Assembly (NCBI GenBank): GCA_038890615.1
Contig: JAWAFI010000001.1
Span: forward strand, 465,536 to 529,535
Direction: 5' to 3'
Length of the DNA: 64,000 nt
Source of the DNA: Candidatus Anstonellales archaeon
GTDB lineage: Archaea; Micrarchaeota; Micrarchaeia; Anstonellales; J096
Made by a program: the position numbers and the translations under genes. Below, piece after piece: positions 54,140-63,537 of this stretch; the first letter of the stretch is position 1, and every line of letters begins with the position of its first letter. The notes beneath the pieces were generated by a model. The model saw only the letters and a list, made by a program, of their open reading frames with translations, ran no database searches and was not told where the DNA came from.

Positions 54140-55110
54140 CTGTTACCCTTGTATATCTTTTTCACAATCTCCTCAAGCTCTGGCTCCCTTACGCTTAACG
54201 ACTTCAGCTCATATGCTTTCATTAGCATGTTTAAAGCATCAATCTCCCTTGTTTTTTGCACCTTCCCTGCCACAACATGCCCATTTAGCCTCAGTCCATA
54301 CTTTTTTCCAAGCTTAAGTGCTGCCTTGCTGTCTTTTTGCGAGAGCGTTACTGCCTCTATGTCAACGGTGTTCTCAAATTTTCTCTTCAGTTCTTTTGTT
54401 GGCCCATCCCAAACAATTGAGCCTTCCTTTAGCACTATGCTCCTTTTGCACATGAGCTCTATCTCGCTAAGGTTGTGGGTGGTCATGATTATGGTAACCC
54501 CTTCCCTTCTGTTTATGCTTAAGAGGAAGTCCTGCACAGACTCCTTGACAACTGCATCAAGCCCTATTGTTGGCTCATCAAGGAAAACTACCTTGGGCTT
54601 GTGGAGGAAAATACACCCAATCTCTGCCCTCATCCTCTGCCCGAGCGAAAGCTTTCTTACTGGAACTTCATAGAGCTCATCAAGCCCGAGCATCTTGCCG
54701 AAGAACTTTACCCTTTGGTCAAATAAAGAGTCGCTCAACCCGTAGATGTCCTTCATAAGCAGGTACGAATCAATTACTTTTATGTCAAAAACAAGGTTTG
54801 AGCGGTTGCCGAAGAGGACCCCTATGCGCCTCAGGTATTCTGCCTTTCTCTTCCAAGGTATTTCACCAAGCACCTTTGCTTCCCCTGCATCAGCAACAAG
54901 AACCCCTGAAAGGATTTTGACAAGCGTTGTTTTTCCAGAGCCGTTGGCGCCTATGAGGCCCACGAACTCCCCCTTTTCAACAGAGAAGCTTATGCCCTTG
55001 AGCGCCTCCATCTTCTTCCATCTGTTGAACAAGCCCAACAATCCTTGCTTGCCTGATGGGACGTTGTAGTATTTTCTTAGCCCTCTTATGTTAATTACTT
55101 GCATTAACAT
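54136..55110 (-). CDS. ABC transporter ATP-binding protein
   Basis: It has Walker A GANGSGKTT, the signature LSLGQRMR, Walker B VVFLDEPT and an H-loop. Confidence 0.9.
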   Translation of the reverse strand: MLMQVINIRGLRKYYNVPSGKQGLLGLFNRWKKMEALKGISFSVEKGEFVGLIGANGSGKTTLVKILSGVLVADAGEAKVLGEIPWKRKAEYLRRIGVLFGNRSNLVFDIKVIDSYLLMKDIYGLSDSLFDQRVKFFGKMLGLDELYEVPVRKLSLGQRMRAEIGCIFLHKPKVVFLDEPTIGLDAVVKESVQDFLLSINRREGVTIIMTTHNLSEIELMCKRSIVLKEGSIVWDGPTKELKRKFENTVDIEAVTLSQKDSKAALKLGKKYGLRLNGHVVAGKVQKTREIDALNMLMKAYELKSLSVREPELEEIVKKIYKGNR

Positions 55111-55135
55111 ACTTCATAGCAAATATTAATATTCT

Positions 55136-55459
55136 TTGCCACTTAGTTTTATGAAGCATTCTATTGTTTATATAACCACGGATTCTGAAAAGGAGGCAGA
55201 GAAAATAGCAAAGCTCCTTTTGCGCAGAAGGCTTATTGCGTGCGCCAACATCTTCCCTTGCAAGAGCTTCTTCTGGTGGAACAATAGGATCGCCAAGCAG
55301 AAGGAGTTTATTTTGATATGCAAAACAGAGAATTCCAAGCTTAGTCGAATAAGGGAAGAGGTTAAGAAGGCCCACAACTATGAAATACCTTGCATCTCAG
55401 CAATAGGTTTTTATCCAAACAAAGAGTATGGGCAGTGGCTTGAAAAGCAGCTCAAATAA
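55136..55459 (+). CDS. cutA: CutA1 divalent-cation tolerance protein
   Basis: It has the HSIVYITTDSEKEAEKIAKLLLRRRLIACANI CutA fold signature. It is about 100 aa. Confidence 0.8.
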   Translation: MPLSFMKHSIVYITTDSEKEAEKIAKLLLRRRLIACANIFPCKSFFWWNNRIAKQKEFILICKTENSKLSRIREEVKKAHNYEIPCISAIGFYPNKEYGQWLEKQLK

Positions 55460-56387
55460 GCTTTCTTTCTAAAGTGCTGTCCTTCCTTTGCAGAAGCACA
55501 ACCCTTGAGGGCTCGTGCTCATCAACAACCCTGTAACTGCTTAGCATCTCAAGCTTCTGCGCCCATTCCCTTACTTCGCTGTGCTCCGGGGAATTATCCC
55601 TTCTTAGCCTTTCCCTTGATTGGCCCAAGACCATGTAGGATTTTACTTCAACAAAATCAGCCCTGCTCATATCCACCAGCTTTGCGAATTCATCTATGTA
55701 AGCATCATTCCATCCTTTTATCAATGTTATCCTTATCACCCTGCGCACAGGAAGCTCAATTGAAAGGGTTTTAAGCAGCCTCTGCCAGCCATCAGGGTAT
55801 ACAGAGCGGTTTATAAGCTTGAAAAGTTTTTCATTTGGTGCGCTTAGCGATATGTAAAGCTGGGAAGGCATCTCCTCAAGCTTTGCAAGCTTTTCCGGCT
55901 CCATTCCGTTTGTAACTACAAAGATTGTTTTTGCCCCCCTTCGCTTGAGCTCCTTTATCAGCGCCCCGAGCTTTGAGTAGAGAAGGGGCTCTCCAGAAAG
56001 GCTTATTGCCCAGTGCTCAGGGAACTCACAGTAAGCTTCTTTGAAAATTTTTTCATTCGTATCTTTGTTGCCACCATACCCAGAAAGAAGGTTCTTCCTT
56101 CCTGCAAGGGCTCCTTCTATAATGACATCCGGCTCATCCTCCTCAAACTCGCTTAGCTTCATCCACTCCATTGGCCGCCAGCAGTAGATGCAGTTGTTTT
56201 GGCAATATGCAACAGCAGGGCTAATCTCAGCGCACCTATGGCTTTTTATATTATAGAATTTCTGCTTGTAGCAATAGCCTTTCCCTGTTATGGCTTTCTT
56301 TGTCCAGAGGCACACGCTTACCCCGCTGCTTTTCCCTATTAGCCTGTATATGCTTTGGAATTTCTTCCTTGTTCGCTCATCCATCAT
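55452..56387 (-). CDS. taw1: tRNA 4-demethylwyosine synthase Taw1/TYW1 (radical SAM). Start moved to MMDERTRKKF.
   Basis: It has the radical-SAM CQNNCIYCWR (Cx3Cx2C) and the TYW1 architecture. The listed ORF's first 28 aa overlap the upstream phosphoesterase gene. Confidence 0.8.
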   Translation of the reverse strand: MMDERTRKKFQSIYRLIGKSSGVSVCLWTKKAITGKGYCYKQKFYNIKSHRCAEISPAVAYCQNNCIYCWRPMEWMKLSEFEEDEPDVIIEGALAGRKNLLSGYGGNKDTNEKIFKEAYCEFPEHWAISLSGEPLLYSKLGALIKELKRRGAKTIFVVTNGMEPEKLAKLEEMPSQLYISLSAPNEKLFKLINRSVYPDGWQRLLKTLSIELPVRRVIRITLIKGWNDAYIDEFAKLVDMSRADFVEVKSYMVLGQSRERLRRDNSPEHSEVREWAQKLEMLSSYRVVDEHEPSRVVLLQRKDSTLERKLI

Positions 56388-57013
56388 AGCTTCCTGAATT
56401 TCACTTCTATCTTGCTTCCAACATCTATTATTGCGCACCTTAGCTTCATTGCAGGGGGTAGGTTCACGCAAAGCGTTTCGCCGACCTTTTTCTTTCCCTC
56501 AATCTCGTGCACGTGGCCGAAGAGCGCAAGGCTGGGCTTCCTTAGGTCTATTATCTTGCGCACGCTCCTGCTGCCAGCATGAATGTCATCTACCTCATCA
56601 AGCACCCCAAATGGAGGGCTGTGGAGCACTAGGATGCTTTCCTCGCTTATGGGCAGGTTCTTCATCTGCCTGTATATCTCCTCTTCACTTAGCTCCCCTA
56701 CGGTGTTGTAAGGCGTTGGGCTTGAATAGCCGAACCCAACGAAGCTTAAGCCCTTAATCTTCATTTCCTTGTTGTGGAGCAGTGCATTATGGCGCTTTGC
56801 GATCTCAAGTATTGCAGGAGGGTCGTTGTTGCCAGGCACGAATAAGCAGTTTTCTGCTGTTTCAAAGAACTCCTCCGCGAAATCAGGAGGCCCGTTGTTT
56901 GTTAAGTCACCGCATACTACAGCGTAATCGTAGTCTTTTCCTGCCTTCCATCTGCCAATTCTCTTTATGACTTGCTCCTCTGCATGTATGTCTGCAAGGG
57001 CAAGTAGCTTCAT
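56384..57013 (-). CDS. Calcineurin-like metallophosphoesterase
   Basis: It has the LALADIHA, GDLTNNG, GNND and LHSPP/GHVH metal-ligand motifs. Confidence 0.8.
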   Translation of the reverse strand: MKLLALADIHAEEQVIKRIGRWKAGKDYDYAVVCGDLTNNGPPDFAEEFFETAENCLFVPGNNDPPAILEIAKRHNALLHNKEMKIKGLSFVGFGYSSPTPYNTVGELSEEEIYRQMKNLPISEESILVLHSPPFGVLDEVDDIHAGSRSVRKIIDLRKPSLALFGHVHEIEGKKKVGETLCVNLPPAMKLRCAIIDVGSKIEVKFRKL

Positions 57014-57858
57014 TCCCTCAGCTCCTTGAACCTTTCCTGCAGAGCAGCATTAAGCTTGTCTGCAATATAAGCTCCTTTGTATGCGTCTGCCTTTGCTGCT
57101 ATTGCTATCTTGGCAGCAACTGCCCTTGCCATCTTTCCTTTGTTGCTCCTTTTAACCATGCTTACAAAGGGGTGGTTGAAAATGACACCGTGCTTCGGCG
57201 GGTTGCCCCTTTTATTGTTCCTAAGGAAAGTGAAAAGCGCGTTCTCTGCGCCAAGAAGCTGGATAGTGCTTGCAGGCATCACCGCAAGCTTTTCCAGGGA
57301 GCCTGCTATGCTTATGAGCTGGGCTGCGATTGCTGGAGTAGCAACCTCTGAAACGTTCGGCGCCAATGCCTTCATTAGTTTTTCCATGTAAGCCTGAAGC
57401 TCCTGCTTTTTCTGCTTTATAAACAAAGTAGTATTCGCAACGCTCCTTATTGCTTCAAGGTCCTCAGGGCTTAGGTCTATGCCCATGCTGCTCTTCCTTT
57501 CCTTTCCATCGAGAACGAACTCAAGGTATTTGTCCTTGTCAAGCTTGAGCTCAGGGTAATAGAGCGAATACATTTCGGTGAGGCGCTCAAAAAGCATCGT
57601 CTCAATCTGGTTGTGCTCACCCACTGCCCTGCTAAGGTAGTTTATAAGGAAGCTCCTTGTCCTTATCTCTTCCTTTGCCTTTTCCTTTGCCTTCTTTATC
57701 CACTGCTGCCTCTTGTCCCTTCCTTCTTTATTATGTTTCCACGCTAGTCTTTCATCTGCCCAAGAAGGCCTGCTGCCCCTTTCCCTAAATCTTTTATTTC
57801 TTCCTTTTTTCCATCGGTCTTTCTTCCCCATTGAAAACACCTTAATTGAGCCTGCCAA
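57010..57858 (-). CDS. nop5: Nop5/Nop56-family C/D box sRNP protein consisting only of NOSIC and Nop domains (no fibrillarin-binding N-domain)
   Basis: It has LFERLTEMYSLYYPEL (NOSIC) and the Nop domain ...AAQLISIAGSLEKLAVMPASTIQLLGAENALF...KHGVIFNHP. The N-terminal 60 aa are K/R-rich instead of the usual NTD. Confidence 0.8.
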   Translation of the reverse strand: MAGSIKVFSMGKKDRWKKGRNKRFRERGSRPSWADERLAWKHNKEGRDKRQQWIKKAKEKAKEEIRTRSFLINYLSRAVGEHNQIETMLFERLTEMYSLYYPELKLDKDKYLEFVLDGKERKSSMGIDLSPEDLEAIRSVANTTLFIKQKKQELQAYMEKLMKALAPNVSEVATPAIAAQLISIAGSLEKLAVMPASTIQLLGAENALFTFLRNNKRGNPPKHGVIFNHPFVSMVKRSNKGKMARAVAAKIAIAAKADAYKGAYIADKLNAALQERFKELRE

Positions 57859-57930
57859 AAAGGCACTATAAGGTATGGTGCATTTATTTTAAATAGCTTG
57901 CCATAGGACTTATGGTAAAGAGGTGGTTTA

Positions 57931-58941
57931 TTGGAGGGCTCAGGGAAAGCTGGCTATAAAATATGCGAGAGGCTTTATGGGGATAAAGCTGAATTTATAT
58001 GCGGAGGGCTCTTTTCAGGTGTTGAGCAAAAATTGGATGCTTTGCTAAGAAGCATTGATTTTGAATGGAGCTCCTTCAACTTTGAGACCATAATACCTAA
58101 CTCAGTAATGATTAAAGAGGAGGAATTCTTGCATATTTCAAAAAAGAGCATAAAGGCTGAGCTCAACGAATACATCTCTTCGCTTATAGAGGAAAAAGCA
58201 GGGAAGGAAAGGAGTATAGAGATGCCTGATGTCTTCCTATCCCTCAATTTTAGGAATGGCAGGTTTAAGGCAAGGCCTGCGCCTCTTTACATCTTTGGCA
58301 GGTATAAAAAAGAGGCAGGGATTGCTCAAAGCAGATGGATTTCCCCTGATGGGAGCTATAAACACCCTTCTGTAGAAGAATTAGTAGGGGAAAGGGCTAA
58401 GGTGCTATTCAATGGCAAGGGATACAAGCTCCATGCTTCTGGAAGGGAGGACATAGATGCTAGGAACACAGCAGGTAGGCCTTTTGTGCTTGAGTTGAGT
58501 GAAGCACGCAAAAGGAAGAATCCAGAGATGCTTAATGGGGTGTTTGGTGGGGTTGAAATATCTGACGCAAAGTTCCTGCCGTTCAGCGCAGTAACCCTTG
58601 TTTCTGATTCCCACTTTGACAAAACATACAAGGCAAAGCTAGACCAGAGCGTTGAGCCATTTTCCTTTGAGAACATAGCCATAGCCCAAAAGACTCCAGA
58701 AAGGGTGAAGCATAGGAGGGCTGACATCATAAGGGAGAGGGTTGTGTTCAATGCCCGCTCGGTTGGGCCTGATGAGGTTGAGATAACAGCAGAGGCAGGC
58801 ACTTACATAAAAGAATTCATAAGCGGGGACGGGGGGCGCACAACACCCTCCCTATCCGAGCTTCTCGGCAGGCAGCTAAGGTGCACTGCGCTTGAGGTTG
58901 TGCGCATAGAAGATGATTTCCTAAGGCACTTGGGGCTTTGA
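57931..58941 (+). CDS. pus10: tRNA pseudouridine synthase Pus10 (archaeal Psi54/55)
   Basis: It has an N-terminal Cys pair (CERLYGDKAEFIC) THUMP-like region and a catalytic core GREDIDARNTAGRPFVLEL typical of Pus10. Confidence 0.7.
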   Translation: MEGSGKAGYKICERLYGDKAEFICGGLFSGVEQKLDALLRSIDFEWSSFNFETIIPNSVMIKEEEFLHISKKSIKAELNEYISSLIEEKAGKERSIEMPDVFLSLNFRNGRFKARPAPLYIFGRYKKEAGIAQSRWISPDGSYKHPSVEELVGERAKVLFNGKGYKLHASGREDIDARNTAGRPFVLELSEARKRKNPEMLNGVFGGVEISDAKFLPFSAVTLVSDSHFDKTYKAKLDQSVEPFSFENIAIAQKTPERVKHRRADIIRERVVFNARSVGPDEVEITAEAGTYIKEFISGDGGRTTPSLSELLGRQLRCTALEVVRIEDDFLRHLGL

Positions 58942-58983
58942 TTCCTGCGAAGCTATTTAAACACCCTCTAACAAAATCCTAAC

Positions 58984-59802
58984 ATGCTTGACATACTTAT
59001 ACAACATGTGGCGATGCCTTTCGAGGAGGTAAGAATAGTGCTTTCCCTGCTCATGATAGGGGCAGGGGCCTACTTTGACATAAAGCAGGATAGGGAGATA
59101 CCTGACATGCTTGTGTACGGCTCGTTGGCTGTTTCAGCCCTAATGGCCTTGCTCCTTCCTTTTGAGCTTCTTTTATATGCAGCAGTTGTTGCCTTGCTGG
59201 TTGGGGTTTTTGGCTACATGGCTTATAAATCAGGGCAGCTTGGAAGCGCTGATGTCTTGATGTTTGTTGCGCTCTGCCTTATGCTTCCAATACATCCTTC
59301 ATTCCTAAGCATGCCTGTCAACGTGCCATTCTTTTTCAGCGCATACATTTTCGCAAGCGTGCTTTTCATACTTTATCAGTTAATTTCAATAGTCCCAGTA
59401 ATATTAGAAGATCCTTCTAATGCAAAAAAGGAGGCTCTTATAATCCTAGTACCATACCTAATCTTCGTTTATTTCTACTTCACGACCCCAATATTCTCAT
59501 TTGCCTACTTCATGCTTTTTACCTTGGTAGTGCTCTTTGCAGTGTTCTTCTATGCCTACAAGGACCAGATAATGAAATCCTTTGTTGTTGAAATACCGCT
59601 GAGTAAGGCAGAGGAAGAGGTTGCTGCAGCAGAATACCTAAGCGTAAAGGTGAACAGGGTGATAACAAAGGATGATATAGAGCTCCTGAAGAAGAAAAGG
59701 ATAAAGAAAGTGAAGATATACAAGTATGCGCCTTTCCTTCCCTTCCTTTTTGCAGGCGTGGTGCTTGGCCTCCTAATAAGTCCTCTTTCCTTCATGTATT
59801 AA
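58984..59802 (+). CDS. Type IV prepilin / preflagellin peptidase (A24 family) with C-terminal soluble extension
   Basis: The first catalytic Asp is in GAGAYFDIKQDREIPD and the second in GQLGSADVLMF (G-x-G-D-V/A-K/L-like). It is polytopic and has a C-terminal lysine-rich domain. Confidence 0.65.
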   Translation: MLDILIQHVAMPFEEVRIVLSLLMIGAGAYFDIKQDREIPDMLVYGSLAVSALMALLLPFELLLYAAVVALLVGVFGYMAYKSGQLGSADVLMFVALCLMLPIHPSFLSMPVNVPFFFSAYIFASVLFILYQLISIVPVILEDPSNAKKEALIILVPYLIFVYFYFTTPIFSFAYFMLFTLVVLFAVFFYAYKDQIMKSFVVEIPLSKAEEEVAAAEYLSVKVNRVITKDDIELLKKKRIKKVKIYKYAPFLPFLFAGVVLGLLISPLSFMY

Positions 59803-59857
59803 GCAAGCTTACCCACCCTGCTATGCACCACATTTTTAACCTTTTCCTTATAAAATT

Positions 59858-62119
59858 ATGGCAGCTTTGTTTAAGATGGGGTGGTTGGCAATCTCATTAT
59901 TGCTCCTCATAGGCTCTGCGAACAGCAGCGGCTGTACTATAAGCCCAAGCTCTGCATCTCTCTTTTATGGAGAAACCAAAGAATTTAGCATAACGTGCTC
60001 AGCAGGTGATTGCAGCAGCGTGCTTTCTGAGCCCTTCACAATAGAAACACCCCATTCATTTTCCGCTCGCCTTATCATACCATACGGTAAGTTCTCCCTT
60101 ACAACCTCTCCAACAGGCCAAGGAGAGGATTCTGGCATAGTGAAAGCAAAAGCAACTGCCGAGAACGGCTCAGCAGTGGAATGCACTGCCAACGTTTCAA
60201 TAACCGACACAAAAAACATAACGTGCAGCCTATACGATTTATGGCTCAGCAAAGGAGTAACTACAACAGAAGAGGTTCAATGTTTTGAGTGCATTGCTGG
60301 CCAATGCCGCCCTGTTTTTGGCGGCTGCCAAGAGGCAGTTTCAAAGCCTTTTGCATGGGTCATTAAGCCCAACTCTAATGGAATATCATTAACACCACTC
60401 GACAACTACAATACAGAGGTTGAGATTACTGCAACAGAGGACGTAGGGGAGGATAGGATAATTGAGGCGAGCAGCAGGGACATAGACAACAACTTAGTGT
60501 CATGCTCAGCAACGATACACCAGTACAGGGAGAGAGTTGAGAAGTGCATGGTTATGCCCATCTCCTACTCCTTGCTTTCCCAAACCCCTTCTGTAACCTA
60601 TGGAACAAGATGCGTTGATCCCTCTGGGCTTATAAAAGAGTGCGATAAAGGCCACAGCATAAGGGCAATAGGCCTTTCTTCCCAAAGCTCCCAGCAGATA
60701 ACGCTGCCGTTGGTTGAGCTGAACAAAAGGCCGATAGGGGGCTATCTTATAGTTGCAGAAGATGGAGAATGCTCCTCTTACTTCCATCCTATAATAGCTG
60801 CACCTTTGCCCAACCTAAAGTTCAAGCCGCAATGCACAAAGGACGAGGATTGCAGCAAAGGCAAATGCATTGACGGACTCTGCAGGTTTGAGCAGTGCAG
60901 CATCAAGCCAATAGAAAGGGGCTCTGTAAAATTCTGCTACGAGCAAGAAGGATGCACTCCTACAATCCATTCTTCAACCATGGATAAATTTCTCATGGTT
61001 CCTCTATTTTACACAATAAAGGGCGACAAAGTTTACATCTTAGAAGTTGGTGGTGGTCCACAATCGCGCATAGGTGTTATGGACATATCAGACCCAGCCA
61101 ACCCTAAGCTCCTTTATCAAACCTCACTGCTTAGCTGCGGGGATAGTAAAACGATGGTTGGAATGAGTAGTGTCTCAAATGATAATAAGATAGCTTTTTT
61201 CAATAGGTGTGGCAATCATATAATGATTTATGATACAAGCTCATTTAGAGAATGTGCAGGGGCTCTTCTTGGTCTAATAGTTAGGCCTGAGATCGTAAAA
61301 CTTCAATCAGGAAGATACATATTTGGAGACCTTTTTTACCTTTCAGCTAATGATGAGGCTATACAAGATATGGAGAAGATAGGTATAGATTATGATTATT
61401 GTAGGCCTACATCAATATTTTCAAGCTCAGGCGGTCCAACTAGTTCATCACCAAAGACAGAATCACCAGGGGCTATTGATATAAAGCGGCCACCATATGG
61501 CATGGTAAGAGCATTTGAATATAATGGGCGCACTTACCTCCTTGCACTTGCTTATTCTAATTCTCGTAATGATCCAGATGCAGATGGAGCTATAGGGCTT
61601 TACGATATAACAGATTTTTCCCCATTTTCTAACTCACCGCATCTAGGAATAATAAAAATTTTTGACAAAAAAGAATTCAAGATGGTTGCTACTACTGCAT
61701 CAGCTGTGCGTGATGGAAAGATTTATGTAATGGCCCAAAAACAGCAAGGTGATTATGGTTATAGGCTTTATGTGTTTGACATGAATGGCAATGAATTGGC
61801 TGGCTCCTTAGATTATTGGGATAGCATTCCGTATCTGTTAAGTGTAGATAGCAAATATGCTTATGTATCTTTTATAAGTTCAATACCCATAAAAATAATT
61901 GAATTGGAAACTATGAAGACCATTCCTCTTCCAGATAGATTTGCTCAACACGCTGTACAGGAAGGCTATACTCCCTCTATTACTTATTACCTTATAGGTA
62001 GAGAAAAGAACAACAAGCACTATTTCTTAGTGCCTATATTTTATAAAAATAATGATGGCACACTCTTCTCTACTGTATACACCTCTTTTGAGCTGGTTGA
62101 GGAATGCATTTACATTTAA
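59858..62119 (+). CDS. Large Cys-rich secreted protein (753 aa) with C-terminal beta-propeller-like (LVIVD-like) repeats
   Basis: It has the signal MAALFKMGWLAISLLLLIGSANSSG, 40+ Cys, and repeats such as GGGPQSRIGVMDISDPANPKLLY. The 3' half is visibly AT-rich. Confidence 0.5.
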   Translation: MAALFKMGWLAISLLLLIGSANSSGCTISPSSASLFYGETKEFSITCSAGDCSSVLSEPFTIETPHSFSARLIIPYGKFSLTTSPTGQGEDSGIVKAKATAENGSAVECTANVSITDTKNITCSLYDLWLSKGVTTTEEVQCFECIAGQCRPVFGGCQEAVSKPFAWVIKPNSNGISLTPLDNYNTEVEITATEDVGEDRIIEASSRDIDNNLVSCSATIHQYRERVEKCMVMPISYSLLSQTPSVTYGTRCVDPSGLIKECDKGHSIRAIGLSSQSSQQITLPLVELNKRPIGGYLIVAEDGECSSYFHPIIAAPLPNLKFKPQCTKDEDCSKGKCIDGLCRFEQCSIKPIERGSVKFCYEQEGCTPTIHSSTMDKFLMVPLFYTIKGDKVYILEVGGGPQSRIGVMDISDPANPKLLYQTSLLSCGDSKTMVGMSSVSNDNKIAFFNRCGNHIMIYDTSSFRECAGALLGLIVRPEIVKLQSGRYIFGDLFYLSANDEAIQDMEKIGIDYDYCRPTSIFSSSGGPTSSSPKTESPGAIDIKRPPYGMVRAFEYNGRTYLLALAYSNSRNDPDADGAIGLYDITDFSPFSNSPHLGIIKIFDKKEFKMVATTASAVRDGKIYVMAQKQQGDYGYRLYVFDMNGNELAGSLDYWDSIPYLLSVDSKYAYVSFISSIPIKIIELETMKTIPLPDRFAQHAVQEGYTPSITYYLIGREKNNKHYFLVPIFYKNNDGTLFSTVYTSFELVEECIYI

Positions 62120-62451
62120 GTGAGCACTGGCATCAACCCCTTCAGCCCTTTTTAAACAAAGCAATTCAAAAGATTAAGGCGATCAGCATGATAGAGGACG
62201 AGCTTGTTCATTGGTGGAAGGACGAGCAGGGAGGATACAAGAAAACCTTTGTTAGGATAGAGAGCGACCCCCCACGGGAAGAGAATGGGTTTCCTAGGGA
62301 TGGATTCATCTACTTAAAAGTTGTCAATGGTGAGCAATCAGCATTCATAAAGCTCAGCGTCGGCGAAGCCCTGTACCTTTCAGCCCAGCTTGAGCACATT
62401 TCGAAGATGATGCTCTACCAGAAGAGGCAGCTTTGGAATTCAAAGTTTTAG
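62104..62451 (+). CDS. Hypothetical protein (weak; overlaps convergent ncsA 3' end)
   Basis: It is a 115-aa ORF with no recognisable domain. Confidence 0.25.
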   Translation: MHLHLSEHWHQPLQPFLNKAIQKIKAISMIEDELVHWWKDEQGGYKKTFVRIESDPPREENGFPRDGFIYLKVVNGEQSAFIKLSVGEALYLSAQLEHISKMMLYQKRQLWNSKF

Positions 62452-63325
62452 TCATTTTGCAGAACATACAGAGCTCATTGTTGGTCGGCTCGCCGCATTT
62501 TTTGCATTTTGAGATGCTTGAATGCTCAGTTGGCTTCATCCGTTCAGCTATGCTCTCAAATGATCGTGCCATCCTTAGCTTTGTGCCAGGGAATTTTTCC
62601 TCAAGCCTGTTTAGCTCCTCCCTTATGTACTTTCGCATCCCCAAATATGAGTATGGGCATTCTGCAAGGTGGCACTCAATGCCCTTGACCAAGGCGTATA
62701 TTGCTACCTCCCTTTCAGGAATGTTCATTAATGGCCTTATGCGCGGTATGAAGCCTTCATCACTTACTGAAGGGTAAAAGAAGCGCACTGCCCTGTCTGG
62801 CTCGTTCCTCGTAAGGTTTAGCATCAGCGTCTGCACAACATCATCAAGGTTGTGGCCTATTGCTATCTTCGTTGCCCCAATTTCCTTTGCTCCTTTGTTT
62901 AAGAGATATCTCCTCACAACCCCGCAGTAGGAACACGCTTCCTTGTACCTCTGGTCCACTGTCTCTGCAAAGCTGCTTGCCTTTATTATTTTCAGCGTGA
63001 CCCCTATCCTCCTGCATAGCTTCCTAAGCTCTGCAATGCTCTTGTCTCTATAGCCCTTTATACCTTCGTCAATGCATAGCGCAACAACCTCAAAAGGCAT
63101 TTTTTTGGTGAGCTTCTTAAGGATGTAAAGCATTACTGAGCTGTCCTTCCCTCCAGAAACGCCTACAGCTACTATATCACCTTTCCTTATCATTGAATGC
63201 TCCCGGATAGTGCTGAAAACCCTTTTTTCAAAATAACCAGTAAAATGCCTCTCGCAAAGGCTTTGCCCTGTGTAAAGAAGGTTTATTATTGCCCTTTTCC
63301 CGCACCTTGAGCACTCAGCCACCAT
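62354..63325 (-). CDS. ncsA: tRNA 2-thiolation protein NcsA/TtuA (PP-loop ATPase with zinc fingers)
   Basis: It has N-terminal CSRCGK...C..H, PP-loop GVSGGKDSS, the internal CSYCG and C-terminal CKKCGE...CMFC zinc fingers. Confidence 0.85.
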   Translation of the reverse strand: MVAECSRCGKRAIINLLYTGQSLCERHFTGYFEKRVFSTIREHSMIRKGDIVAVGVSGGKDSSVMLYILKKLTKKMPFEVVALCIDEGIKGYRDKSIAELRKLCRRIGVTLKIIKASSFAETVDQRYKEACSYCGVVRRYLLNKGAKEIGATKIAIGHNLDDVVQTLMLNLTRNEPDRAVRFFYPSVSDEGFIPRIRPLMNIPEREVAIYALVKGIECHLAECPYSYLGMRKYIREELNRLEEKFPGTKLRMARSFESIAERMKPTEHSSISKCKKCGEPTNNELCMFCKMTKTLNSKAASSGRASSSKCAQAGLKGTGLRRR

Positions 63326-63503
63326 AAACCACCTTGATTATCTCAACCTTATCCCCTTCACCAACCTTCTCATCATCTGTGGCTAATTTTCCATTGACCT
63401 TGACTATGTGCTCCTCCCTACTAAGCCCTAACTTCTGCATCAGCTGGAGCACGCTTCCCCTGAACCTCAGCTTCCTTTTCTTTCCGTCAACACTGGCAAT
63501 CAT
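63315..63503 (-). CDS. ThiS/MoaD-like ubiquitin-fold sulfur-carrier protein (SAMP/TtuB-like) ending in Gly-Gly
   Basis: It is 62 aa with the beta-grasp pattern and C-terminal ...KVVYGG. It lies immediately upstream of ncsA and is translationally overlapped with it. Confidence 0.7.
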   Translation of the reverse strand: MIASVDGKKRKLRFRGSVLQLMQKLGLSREEHIVKVNGKLATDDEKVGEGDKVEIIKVVYGG

Positions 63504-63537
63504 AACCCTTTTATTCCTATCAGTGTTTTAAATCCTT

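Noticed and set aside
54149-55069. Plus-strand ORFs antisense to the ABC ATPase
   Set aside because: They are shadow ORFs. The minus-strand Walker A, signature and Walker B motifs are unambiguous.
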